DNA from: Lobosporangium transversale
Taxonomy: Eukaryota
Direction: 5' to 3'
Assembly: GCF_002105155.1 (NCBI RefSeq)
Contig: NW_019028994.1
Coordinates: 620,001 to 684,000 of the forward strand
DNA: 64,000 bases
Position 1 is the first letter of the stretch, and each line of letters starts with the position of its first letter. This document shows positions 1 through 12,091 of this stretch, in pieces. Both the position numbers and the translations under genes were made by a program. Below the pieces are notes generated by a model. That model did no database searches. It was not told the DNA's origin and was given only the letters and a program-made list of their open reading frames with translations.

Positions 1-885
1 AGTGACAATGCTCTAATAAATCCAACTTACCCATGGCTATAGCTTCACCTCTTTTACCGCTATGTTCCTCTTCACCATGGAGTGAGATAGACGTGTGAGG
101 TTATTAAAGTGTTTTCAAACATATCGCTAGGCATGTTTGCATCAGACACCTATTACTTAGGTGAAGCCTCCGGAGAAGACAAAGATGATGTGACCAAATC
201 TTTCCTAGATGTTACTAACAAACCCCATCCTGGAGTACGAAAGTATTATGGCGATATCCCTTTAATTGAATTGTAAGTGGGATGCTTATGGTGAGCTTTC
301 ATAGTTCACTCTAAATCAACATACAGCACGTATCTTTGCCTCCTTCCAACAATCAGCTGGGTTGGATACATTCTTATTATGTGAAAGTGATCAGGACTTT
401 TATGATGAGGCCGCAAAATGGTTTAAATCCAGGATTAGGATTGATCGATACTGGAATTGTAAGAGGAAAGAATTGATTCTTTGGATCTTCAAGGGTGTTC
501 CTTGGCTGGCGGTCGTGAAAGAACACTCTTTTCTTTATCAGGAAAAGTGGTAGCAGCAGAGGCGGAAGATGAGCAACCGGCGGCAACTTGCTCAATGCTA
601 GCAGTGGCGGCTGAGCAAATGGATTCTTAAATAAGATGGATTGGTGAAGGCTTGTTGTCAACTCAAACTATCACCAACGGCGATGATAACAGTTCTTTCA
701 GTGTTTATACAGTGGAAGGGATTTACTGGTCATCAGAAGGGTTGTTCATGCCGAGCGTATCTGGACCCCGTAAAGGGATCAGTTGTATGATGTTTTGGAA
801 TGGCAGCGAATTAAGGAGGCACCATTGTTCCTTTAGACGTGGAGTCCATCCAGAAAGTTTAAAATCTTGTGAGAGCTTTCAAATG

Positions 886-2268
886 ATTATCCTTCATAGT
901 CCAGCGACCCTTTCCTGTGTAATCTTTCTCTTTAATAATCTCAAGCTACAGAACTACCCTTAAACTATAAATAAACTTTTTTATTTTTTGTCCTCTGCTG
1001 GCTGATTTCGTACTACATCTTTCTTTTTCTCGAGCTTCCAGAACACATCCATCTCCATAGAATATGGACTTCAACGATAACAATGTCAACAACACCTACA
1101 CTGCTTCTAACCTCTCTACTGACGGCAACCCCGATCCATCAACCCTGGAGGGCAACTCCACTCCACCATCCACCCTACCCAGTAACCCTTCCATTCCAGA
1201 AATCCAACATGCCCTCCCTCCGGAGATCCTGCAAGCTATCAGTGCTCTCACGCAGTTCATCCAGAACGGAGGCGCGTTCCGCCAGCCAGGCACACCAACC
1301 CAAGACCCATTTATGCGTAGGACGGAGCCTCTATGCTACCTGGAGCCCTACGAGGATTTGGAACAAGTTATACCTTCCCTCAAGAGAAGAAAGGAATTCC
1401 ACACAGTCAAGCTCAATGACGAGGAGCAACGTTATTACGACATTAGCCAATTTCCAAAAGTGGCAGGTATGGAATACACGCCTCCAGCAATCCCCAAAGA
1501 GTGGTCTATTTCCGATAGTCTCAAGAATGCCGATCAGAAATTGGTCACACTGGCAACAAAAGCGGCACACATTACAAGACCACTCGATGCAGCAGCTCAT
1601 GCAATCGTCTCTCAAAACGGCACAAATGACGTGCAAGTACAATACATCCTTCGCATCCTGGATACAGTCCGAACTCAAATCTCCACGCTCTGCGAACAGA
1701 TCAATAAAATCCGCACCGAAGCATTCGTTCTACAAGGAAAAGAAATTTATCAATCTTCCTGACACATCGACCCGAAGCCAGCTGGTCGAAACAACTGACT
1801 TACTTGAACATGCTAAGCTTTCACAGAATATCAAGAAACACAGCAACCCTAACCGAGGTAGGGACTGCCGAGGTAGGCAAGGTCGTTTTGGGAGCACCAA
1901 CCACAATTCATTTACTCAACCACAACCACAGCAACAACCATTCTTAGCTGATCTCGGGAGTCACAGGAAAGGGTCGCTGGACTATGAAGGATAATGAATA
2001 GTGAAGACGTCAAAGGAAGGCCTACGCTCATTATCCGCGCCAGCGACCCTTTCCTGTCCCGCCCACGGCCACCCAAAAGGCATGTTTTTCTTCGCTGTCG
2101 AAAAAGAAAGATGTAGTACGAGATCAGCCAGCAGAGGACTTAAAAAAAAAGCTTATTTTTAGTTAAAGGGTTCTGTAGCTCGAGATTTATTAAAGAGAAA
2201 GATTACACAGAAAAGGGTCCCTGGTATGGATAATGATCGTAAGACTTCCTTTGTCGTCTTCGCTATCC
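886..2268 (+). mobile_element. Non-autonomous (gag-only) DIRS1-like tyrosine-recombinase retrotransposon
   Basis: Imperfect inverted terminal repeats at ~886-1033 and ~2098-2235. Internal complementary region ~1962-2057: its first part is the reverse complement of the left end (attatccttcatagtccagcgaccctttcctgtg) and the rest is complementary to the right ITR end plus the 3' extension 2236-2268. Gag-like ORF inside; no RT/RNaseH/YR. Confidence 0.85.
1064..1945 (+). pseudogene. DIRS gag-like ORF1, frameshifted near 1730
   Basis: ORF 1064-1762 (Pro/Ser-rich N-terminus, ...MEYTPP...HITRPLD...) continues in the 1083-1994 frame as KEKKFINLP...RGRQGRFG (basic/Q-rich tail). It lies between the DIRS ITRs. 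Confidence 0.65.
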
Positions 2269-2798
2269 AAAATGACAAATCTTCATTATAAGGGCCACCA
2301 ATGTTGTGCTTCTTCTAAAAATGATTGCTTTGTGATGCATGGCAATGAATTTTGAAATACAGACCGAATTATCGGATTCTTCAGATGGAATCTTAACGTC
2401 GCTCGTATCACAAACCCATTACTCGAATACCAAAGCTTCGTGTCTGACAGCACAGCCATATTAATGCATAGACAGAGACACAATCTGCACAAGAATAACC
2501 CATACCTACGCTTTTACTAATCCTATAACTGCCACACAGTTCGGAAGGTCATTCTGCCTCGTCTGCAGATGCCTGTACTTATAGAACACAGCATTTGCAA
2601 AACAGCTTTTATAATTCTTTGTGGTTTATTATATAGTAAATAATAAATAGGTAAAACAAGCGAGTATCCGAAGTGAGAATGAGATTGATGGGAAATGGGA
2701 TTAAGAGAAAGTGGGGCTAATGAGAAGGAGTAAATGGTGAGCATTAGTATTGTTGCGCAAATACCAACAAAGCAAAATGCCTGCCACAGAATGGAGAG

Positions 2799-2975
2799 CT
2801 CGCCAGAAAGTCATAAACAAATATATTTTTTAAAATACTTTATTTGAATTGAATCGTTCACGTACGAATATTTGATTGGCTGACTGCATTTGTACGTCTC
2901 TTTGACAAGAAAGGCAAAGTATTTTATTCAATTCAAAAATCTTGAAAATATATTTGTTTACGACTTTCTGGCGAG
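2799..2975. mobile_element. 177-bp MITE with ~50-bp imperfect terminal inverted repeats
   Basis: ctcgccagaaagtcataaacaaatatatttt...tgaattgaat (2799-~2854) versus attcaattca...aaaatatatttgtttacgactttctggcgag (~2926-2975). Flanks gagag/gatag may be an imperfect TSD. Confidence 0.75.
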
Positions 2976-3267
2976 GATAGAGGGGTGAGATTGGACTCTA
3001 AATTTTAAAGGAGTGTTTGCTCTAATTAGGACAGATTCGTCAGGGAATATTAAAAATCGCGCTTCTTTCGTACCTGGATTCATAACTCACACGCATGCTT
3101 ACTTTCTTCCCTTTCCCTCTTTTCTCTTCTTCGCTTTTTTGATCCTGTAATCCTTAAGTAAGAGACACCCTCACTCTCGGGCTCAATAAAGAATATTTAT
3201 TCACTTACAAATATCGCTAATAGCAAATACTCTAAAATGAATAGATTACAATCTAAAGAAAAAAAAT

Positions 3268-6200
3268 ATGTTTGACTTCAAGGACACCCCATCACGAAGA
3301 GCTCTCTCTCCAGCACAGACTCTGAGGCTCTTCGATTTCTATATGAAGGGTACTCGTACTATTGACGACGATAATGATATAGTGCTGGAGTTATGCCTTG
3401 ATGCTGATTCTGTGCTGTCTCGAATCCAGCGGCCTACGAGAAAGTCTCTCACCTCAATACCTTCAACCTCTACGGCTTCAAATGAAGATATGGCATTGCA
3501 CCAAGGTATCACCTCAGCATACTATGAGCTTGCTCGCTTACTTGGGCGGCTAGGTCATTTGGATGCTGCTCAATGGCGCAGCAAGGAGGCCGAGAAATGG
3601 CTATACATCCAAGGAAGCGATAACACCACCACGGAACAAAAATGCATAGAGACTAGTGACAGCGGATTAAGGGGGATGGTTAAGGCAGTACAACCCATAC
3701 CAGCGCAAACTGCTGCGACTATTGCAAAGAAGATATTCAATCACAATGACCTTCCAACAGTCATCAGATACAGCTTACCAGATGCTGGTGCTCACTTGGA
3801 CGACACCCACCAACTTATATATTGCCTCAGCCTGCTCCCTACTATCCCTATACCAGCAACTGACCTCAATGATAATGAGAGTAAGTGGCGACAGGCCATA
3901 TCAAACGATCAAGCTGAGCATGAACGGCTGCGAAAACTGGTATCAGATATAATTGAATTGTACATCAGTGGCGAGATTAAATCTGAAGCTGCTGTCACTG
4001 AAGTTGTGGCACTGACTCCAGTCCTTGACCAGGCTCAGTTTAGGACATTGCTTATGGCCTTTGTCAATGGAATTAAGCAGAATATCATGCTGGAGACCCA
4101 TTTATTGGAAGGACTGGCTCAGTTAATGCAGCATGCTCCTCTTGGGTATCTCGACTCGGATGATCTTGTCTCAATCCTCAATACCCTTAGTTCCCGCTTA
4201 CAAGGCACTCATGCTCAATCTGGTGACCATCTCTATTGCCTCTCCACTACAGTCTCACATGTCCTCAATGCCATGGTCAGCAACCAAGTTAAGGGCCTAA
4301 AGCGAGAACAACTCCATGAACCACTTGCTGCATACCTCCAGGGACTTAAAGACAGCTCAGATCCTTATCTAGTGTATCAAGCTGCTTATGCTTTTCAGGC
4401 TCTGCAATATATCCCAGATGATGAAACAACAATGCAAGCCATGCTTCGACGGGCATCAGCAGTGTTCCGAGGAGTGTTTGGGGTAGTGAGTGCGGTCAAG
4501 GACTTTGATCTGAATGCCTTCATAGGTGAGATAAGCGACATCCAAGAAGGGCTTTCTTCTGCAGCAGATGCCATTGACGTGAGCTTGGGGGTATATGAGG
4601 GCACAACGTCACTCTATGAAGGACTCAGCTTTAGTCGTAAATCAGCATGGTATCCAGCACTACGTGGAGCTGATGCACTGCTACAGACAGGCGAGTTCAC
4701 CAAGTTCAAGACTCTTGTGTGTGAAGCATCCTGTCGAAATGATGCAGCGTTCCAATGGGGGTTATGTCAAAGACTAGGGCAGATTGCAGCTGATACGCAG
4801 TGGAGTATGGATACTCGGCAAGATGCCATCACATTCCTAGGAGAAATCTACAAGAATGACCAGGAGTGGAGTGACCATGCACATGTCAAACAATGGGTAA
4901 TAAGCATCCTTAGGAAACTATCCTCATTATTGCCGGATGGTCTACAAGGTGAGCTTTCCTCTCTCTTCTGTAGATAATTGATGTCAGTGGTTGCATTCAA
5001 CATACAATGATTAATCTGTTTTCTCCATATACACGTCCTTATCCCCTCTCTTTTCAGCTGCATATACTCTCTTGGATGATCTAGAAAAGCATGGAGACCT
5101 TAAGAGACAGGAGTTATATAAGAATTGTCTTCAAGGTCCAACGACCCACTATCCTTTCATCATACATCCTCCATCCACACCTTCACATTTGCTCGATCGT
5201 GCACAAAATAGGTCCGGCGTTGAGAACAGTCTACGGCAACTAAAGAGGCAGCGGGTGGATATTGGAAACAGCCAAAGATTCTACATTCAACAATATGCTA
5301 AAGCAAGCCCTCAAGCAAGCAACGACAAGCTGTTCTTGCTGATGGATAAGGTAAAAGAGTTCCTGGACAGCGACCGAAAAGTGTTACTTGTTCAAGGAGA
5401 TTCAGGGTCAGGCAAGTCAACATTCAACCGCGCTTTAGAAACCACGCTCTGGGAGACATACAAAAATAGACATAGTCGGATCCCGCTGTTTATCAATCTC
5501 CCAGCCATCGACAAGCCAGAGAAGGGCCTGGTTGCAAAACAATTGCGACACCATGGCTTTACAGAGCCGCAGATCAAGGAGCTGAAGATGAATCGGTCAT
5601 TTATCTTGATTTGTGATGGATATGATGAGAGCATGCAGACCAACAACCTGTATGTCGCCAACCAATTGAACCAACCTGGAGAGTGGAGGGTTCAGATGGT
5701 GATTAGTTGTCGCACTGAGTACCTTGGCTTGGACTATAGAGACCGCTTCCAACCTATGGATCGCAATCACCAATCAGATACTGGATTGTTTCAAGAAGCT
5801 GTGATTGTACCTTTCTCTGAGGTCCAGATTGATGACTATATCGAACAATATGTTGATGCCATGGATCCACTGTGGCAAGTGAAGGACTACCAGCGTGCAC
5901 TCCAAATGGTCCCTAGTCTACAAGATCTTGTAAAGAACCCATTTATACTATCAATGTCGCTAGAAGTACTACCACGGATGGTAGATCCAGATCAATATAT
6001 TTCTAACACCAAGGTCAAGCGCGTTACACTGTATGATCAGTTCGTTGAGCAGTGGCTCGAACGTGGCAAGAAGCGATTAAGCGAAGCATTGGGGCTGGAA
6101 GACAGAAGAATGTTTCACAAACTATTAGATGAAGGGTTTGCACAGAATGGGATCAAGTACCTAACTGATTTAGCCTTAGCAATCTACAGACATCAAGATG

Positions 6201-9200
6201 GCAACCCAGTAGTGGACTACTCGCCATCCAAGGACAGGGGTACATGGAAAGAGGAATACTTTAGTAAAGAGAATGGAAGGAACCTATTGCGCGAAGCTTC
6301 CCCACTCACTCGTACAGGCAATCAGCATCGGTTTATCCATCGGTCAATTCTGGAATATAGCCTGGTACGAGCAATATTTGAACCAAAGAAAGCGATGAGT
6401 GCTTCCGCAAAGAAGGAAGAGGCAAAGGTGGCGGCTTCAGCTTCCCGTCGGCAGAGCATTAGCTCGGTGTTCAGTTTCGAAGACATGGGCATCAATGAAG
6501 ACGAGCAGGGAGTCGATGTAGTCAAGATTGATGAGGCGTCACCTTTAGTATGGAGAAGCTTTGTGGATGAGCCATCTATCATTCAGTTCCTAGAGGACCG
6601 TGTCCGCCTTGAACCGGTGTTCAAACAGCAGCTGTATACATATGTGGAACTCTCAAAGAGTGATAACAAATGGCGAGTAGCAGCAGCCAATGCGATGACA
6701 ATTTTGGTTCGAGCAGGCGAATCATTCATCGAGGCAGACTTGCGGGGTATCCGGATCCCAGGAGCAGACCTCAGCCCTGGAATCTTCGAGTATGCTCAGC
6801 TGCAAGGAGCAGACCTAAGAAAAGTTAATCTACGGAACTGTTGGCTTCGTGAAGCAGACCTTAGTGGAGCAAAGATGGCAGGTATACAGTTTGGAGAATG
6901 GCCGCTTCTTGTAGCTAAAGAGAAGGTGCAGGCAGGATCATATTCCCCTGATGGCAAGGCGCTCGCTGCAGTTGTCGGAAATGGAGCAGATGATTATTCA
7001 ATCATTATATATGACACATCAACATGGGAGAAACTTTGGACTCTGAAGGATGATGGGGTCTATAACCTCTTGTACTCGCCAAACAGTCAACATATCGCTA
7101 CCTGGGGTCATTATAAAGGGGACATTCTGGTTTTGGATATAACATCGGGAGCATTGGTTCACAGGTTAGTGGGTCACACGGATGTAGTATACTGTGCAGT
7201 ATACTCCCCAAATGGAAATTACCTTGCCTCAGCAAGCGGTGATACGTCAGTGCGAGTGTGGGACGCTCAATCAGGTGTTCTCAAATACATATTAGAGGGC
7301 CATACTAGTAGCGTATTAAGTGTAGCATATTCACCTAATGGGCTCCAAATTGCGACTGGAGGCCTTGACAAAACACTAAGGCTCTGGGATGCGATATCAG
7401 GGCACCAGGTTCTGATACTAGAGAACCATGGGTATGGAATTGAGCAAATTGTGTATTCGCCAAATGGCCAGGAATTCAAATCTCATTGGACATATGACCG
7501 TTGCCTGGATGTATGGAGTATAGGATCTGATCAAAAGAAGTTTACCTTGGAACATACCAGTTATGTCAAAGGCGTTCAATATTCACCTAACGGAAAATTT
7601 GCTGCTTCGTTCGCCTATATGACGGCATATCAATGGGATATGCAAACAGGGAAAGTCATCCATACTCTTGAAGGGCATTCTGCTGAACTCACAGACTTGA
7701 AGTATTCACCGAATGGAGAACGAATAGCCACTTGCGGTCAAGACAACACAGTACAGCTTTGGGACACGAGGTCGGGACAGCTCATGAATACCTTCTATGG
7801 CCACTCTGGTATTATAAACTGCGTGGCGTATTCACCAATCAACCATCAGATTGCGTCCTTTAGTGACGATGGGACAATACGCCTTTGGGATACTCGACCA
7901 CAACAAACTAATCATGGCCCACAAAGCCATCCGAAATGGGCTACCAGCGTTAGAAGCTCGCCAGATAGGCAGCAGATAGCCTCAAGTAGCAACGATGGAG
8001 CAGTGCGTATGTGGGAGGCACGGACTGGACGACTCATCCATGTGTTACAAAGAGATGAATACGCACGCGAACTCAAGTATTCACCTGATGGTCGACTGCT
8101 TACTTTTTGCACTGTTGATTCTTCACAAGTCTGTCTTTGGGATACTCGAACAGGTCAAGTCGCTCAGACCTTGGGGTTACAAGGTGAACAAGCTAATGCC
8201 TTGGGGTTCTCACCCCTTGGTCACCAAATTGCCTGTGGCCAGCGCAATGGAGACGTGACTGTATGGAACACGCAAACAGGAGAGCACATCCGTACCCTAA
8301 AGGGCAGTGATACATGTGTGGATTATTTAGTATTCTCGCCCAGTGGCCACCAGATTGCTTCGTATGATGATGGCGGTAATATCAGAGTATGGGCATCTCA
8401 ATCAGGGGACCTCCAGTTTGAAGTGACGGATGAGGAGCATTATAGCCCTTTCCTCCTATATATGCCTGACAGCCGAAAGATAATGTATTATTACGGCTCT
8501 AATGCTGACATTTTGCGAGTACGGGATGCAGACACGGGTGAACCCTGGTATGATATAATGCTTATGGGGTTTCCAACGATCCCGACATTTCCACCATGTG
8601 GTCAACAGATGGCTGTTGGGAGCTCAAAGGGACCGATTAGTGTGGTGGAGACCGAATCAGGAGCAGCATTGCATACACTTGAAGGACACACTGGATGTAT
8701 CTATGATCTGGCTTATTCGCTTGATGGAAGGTACATTGCTTCATGCAGTAGTGACATGACAGTGCGAATGTGGGATTCAGAGCTGGGCCAGTGCTTGCTT
8801 GTGATTCCATTCGTGGGTGCATATGTTATATCACTTGTATGGAGTGTTTCTGAAGAAGGTTACTGGCTGGTTACAGGGTGTGAGGATGGTTCCATTCGGA
8901 TGTGGCAAATTATACTGGAGAATGAACGGTACCAATACCGCCTAAAGTGGAGCACCAGACAAATGGTTCTTAATGCGAGCAACACATGTATTCAAGATGT
9001 GGACGGGTTGAGTGAAGTCAACAGAAAGCTCCTAATGCAACATGGAGCTATGGGTGAGCAATCCTCTCTTAAGGCTGTACATGAGGCGTTCAAACAGACT
9101 GTGGCGGCATCATCAATGGCGTCCAAACCCAAAGCAAACTCTAATCAACTTTGCCATAACCAAGGCCCATCTGCAGAAACATCCCTCGAGACAGAGGCTT

Positions 9201-9328
9201 TGAAAGGGGGAGAACCATCGACAACAGTGACAGTACCAAGTAGATCAATCAAAGACTACCAGTTCAAATACAGCATGTGCAGCGAGTGTAGCTTTGAGCA
9301 TATTATCCTATGCAGTCGTCGGGGATAA
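3268..9328 (+). CDS. NLR-like STAND protein: helical N-terminus / Arm-like repeats - NACHT - pentapeptide repeats - WD40 repeats; exons 3268-4948 and 5058-9328
   Basis: GT-AG intron 4949-5057 joins the 569-aa and 1418-aa ORFs in frame. Walker A GDSGSGKS, Walker B LICDGYDE, VISCRTEYL, HRFIHRS, pentapeptides ADLRG/ADLS/AQLQG/ADLRK, many GH...WD repeats. Confidence 0.92.
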
Positions 9329-9720
9329 TTAGATCATTAAGCAGAATGCTATTGAGAAGAATAAAGCGGAATGATTTCCTTTCCCTGCTGGTAACCCTCT
9401 CCTGCGCGTAATCAGTTTTTATTGATACTCAAGAACTAAACTAAATTAATAGAAAGCGTATGATGCCCTAGGCTTATCCTCGGCTTCCTTTTTCGATATG
9501 ATAGGACATGAGGATGGGTGTAGAAGGACAGCAGAGGCTTGCCAGCTCGGATAATGGACGTAAAGGTCTTTGTATCCCAGTAAGCTTCTCCCAATGAAAT
9601 CATGGTCCTCCTTAAGGGTAACATGGCCAATTGCAATATGGCAATACAAAGAGAAATGAAATGAGGATGAACAAAAGAATTGCCATTTCATTTCATTACC
9701 TTTTTTTAATAATTCTGACA

Positions 9721-10813
9721 ATGATCTGCTACCTGTCCAAGTTCAGGCTCCCTCAACCTTCTCTTCACGCTTCCTTGTGCTTTCAGCGCTTGACCCATCT
9801 TCAGAGACTGCATACCCATATCAATAAATCTGGCGCTATTTCGGCCCCATATAGTATTGTCTTTGACATTGATGGTGTGCTGGTCAAGGTGTGTGTGCTC
9901 TCCCTGTAGGAATAGAGGAAGTGCTCAAACCAAATAAACGATAAATTGATCTATGCATTCGGATTCCATCTAGGGAAAACAAGTTCTCCCACAGACGCGA
10001 CACGCACTAGAGTTACTTTGGAAGTATGCACCTATAAAAACTGAAATAGATCATACACAGAGGAAGGATGTATCTAATCCAGTCGTAATAATGCCTTTTT
10101 TTTTAAAAAAAAAAAAAAAAAATTGTTAGGAATAAGGTGTCCTATATCTTCCTCACGAATGGAGGTGGCGTGCGAGAGGTTCAAAAGGCAGAGGAGCTTT
10201 CCAAGAAGTTAGGTGTCCCTGTAAGATCAAGTCTTTTTTTTTTCTTTCAATGGTGTCACTTCAATAAGATTACCGCATAGGTATCAAAACACAACATTTT
10301 TTTTTACAAATATTTTTATTAGGTCAATTATGAACAATTAATAGTTTCTCATTCACCCATGCGTGCGCTTGTCCCAAAGTACAAGGACGCCAATGTCTTG
10401 GTCGTCGGTGGCAAGGGTTTATCATGTAAACACGTTGCAGAGGACTATGGATTTAAGAATGTTGTGACACCAGAGGAAATCCACAACGCTCATCCCTCAG
10501 TCTTCCCTCTTTCAACCCATCATACACGGCCTACCTCACTTGAAGAAGTAAGTTTACCTCAAGGATACCAAAGCTTTTTTTTTTTTTTTTTTTTTTTTCA
10601 TTTGCAAATCCTAGTTCGATAGAAGAGATTAAGCCTTAAAAAAATGCTTAGGAGTACATACGAAAACTTGAAAAACCAATCGATGTAGTCATGGTGTTCC
10701 ACGATTCTTTGAATTGGGGTCGAGATCTTCAGATTTGTTTGGATGTGCTTGTTTCCAAAGGTAAAAAAGTGTACATTTGTATGCGTTATTTCATCAATAG
10801 CGTAGCTACTATC

Positions 10814-10849
<36 letters not shown>

Positions 10850-11844
10850 TGACTCTCATCAACACCTTCCCTCCTTCTCCTCCATTCCCTACATTCTTTA
10901 TGAACACTGTCCAAAGGCGGAAAATTAGGAACTATAAAAGATCCAGATGAGTTACACTCATCGAAGCAAAGTACTCCAATCTACTTTTCGAATCCAGATG
11001 TGGTATGTTGTCAAATGATGCAACTTCCTGAGTTTGTTTGATGATAATTCATTACATTGAATCTTGCTAGATGATGGCACATTATTATCTATACATATTT
11101 GTAAAAATGTTTCTGTGTCATTCACCTGGCTCAATTGAGATGTTTTTTCTTTTTAAAGGTCTGGAGTACCGATTTTCCAGTCCCCCGTTTCGGCCAAGGG
11201 ACTTTCAAGCTTTGTCTTGAGAAAATCTACAAAGTATGAATGAACTTTACAGCTCACGCAAATTGTCTGTGGTCGTAACAACGGCCCTTTCTCTTTTTTC
11301 ACATTCCAGAATAGAATTTAAAAATCTTTATTTTTTTTTTTTTTTTTTTTTTTTTGCAAAATTGAATGCTTGGATGGAATAAGCATTTGACAGGTCAGGA
11401 ACTCGAATATACAACTTTTGGAAAGCCAATGAAGAGCACCTACGAGTATGCAGAGTCGGTTTTGGACAAGATTTCGCCCTTGGCTGATGGGGACAATACC
11501 AAAAGGACTGTCTATGGTTGGTACATCGCTATAGTCCATGCTTTGTTTATGTGCGTGTGTTTTTTTTTTTTTAAATATTATTAATGATATCTAAACTGTT
11601 ATTTATATTACTATTCAAACCTTCAAACTATCTCTATTTGACAGTTGTGGGTGACAATCCGTCTTCAGATATTGCAGGAGCAAATGCATATGGTTGGAAC
11701 TCGGTATTGGTCAAGACCGGGATATTTAAACCCAAGAACAATGAAAACCATCATATCCATCCTGCTACAGTAGTTGTTGACCATGTCGAGGATGCTGTCC
11801 GTTGGATTATTGAGAAGGAAAAGATGAAGACACAGAAACAATAA
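9721..11844 (+). CDS. HAD-superfamily subfamily IIA hydrolase (CECR5/HDHD5-like), multi-exon, probable mitochondrial presequence
   Basis: IVFDIDGVLVKG, FLTNGGG, SHSPM, FSNPD, FGQG, FGKP and VGDNPSSDIAGANAYGWNSVLVKTG motifs across GT-AG-separated exons. Confidence 0.88.
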
Positions 11845-12091
11845 ACAGTATTGGCCTGGATATTATGTCGTACCCTTTTATTATAAAATCGATGGTAGAA
11901 ATTTTACTACTTTGCACTGATGAAGATTAAGATTGGTTGGAGATACAGAGCTCATTTACTATAACAGAGTAGGAAATAGAAAATAATGCAAAGTGATTAT
12001 CCTTTCGACCATGGATATGGCCATGTTTGTCATCTTAATAAGTATGCTGCTTGCTTGATTCGCATTTTGAGAGGGCTCCCTTTTCTCCTCC

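Noticed and set aside
1..885. Coding-like fragments with a possible intron (~273-328) left of the DIRS element
   Set aside because: Short interrupted frames with no recognisable motif; possibly a decayed gene but not supportable.
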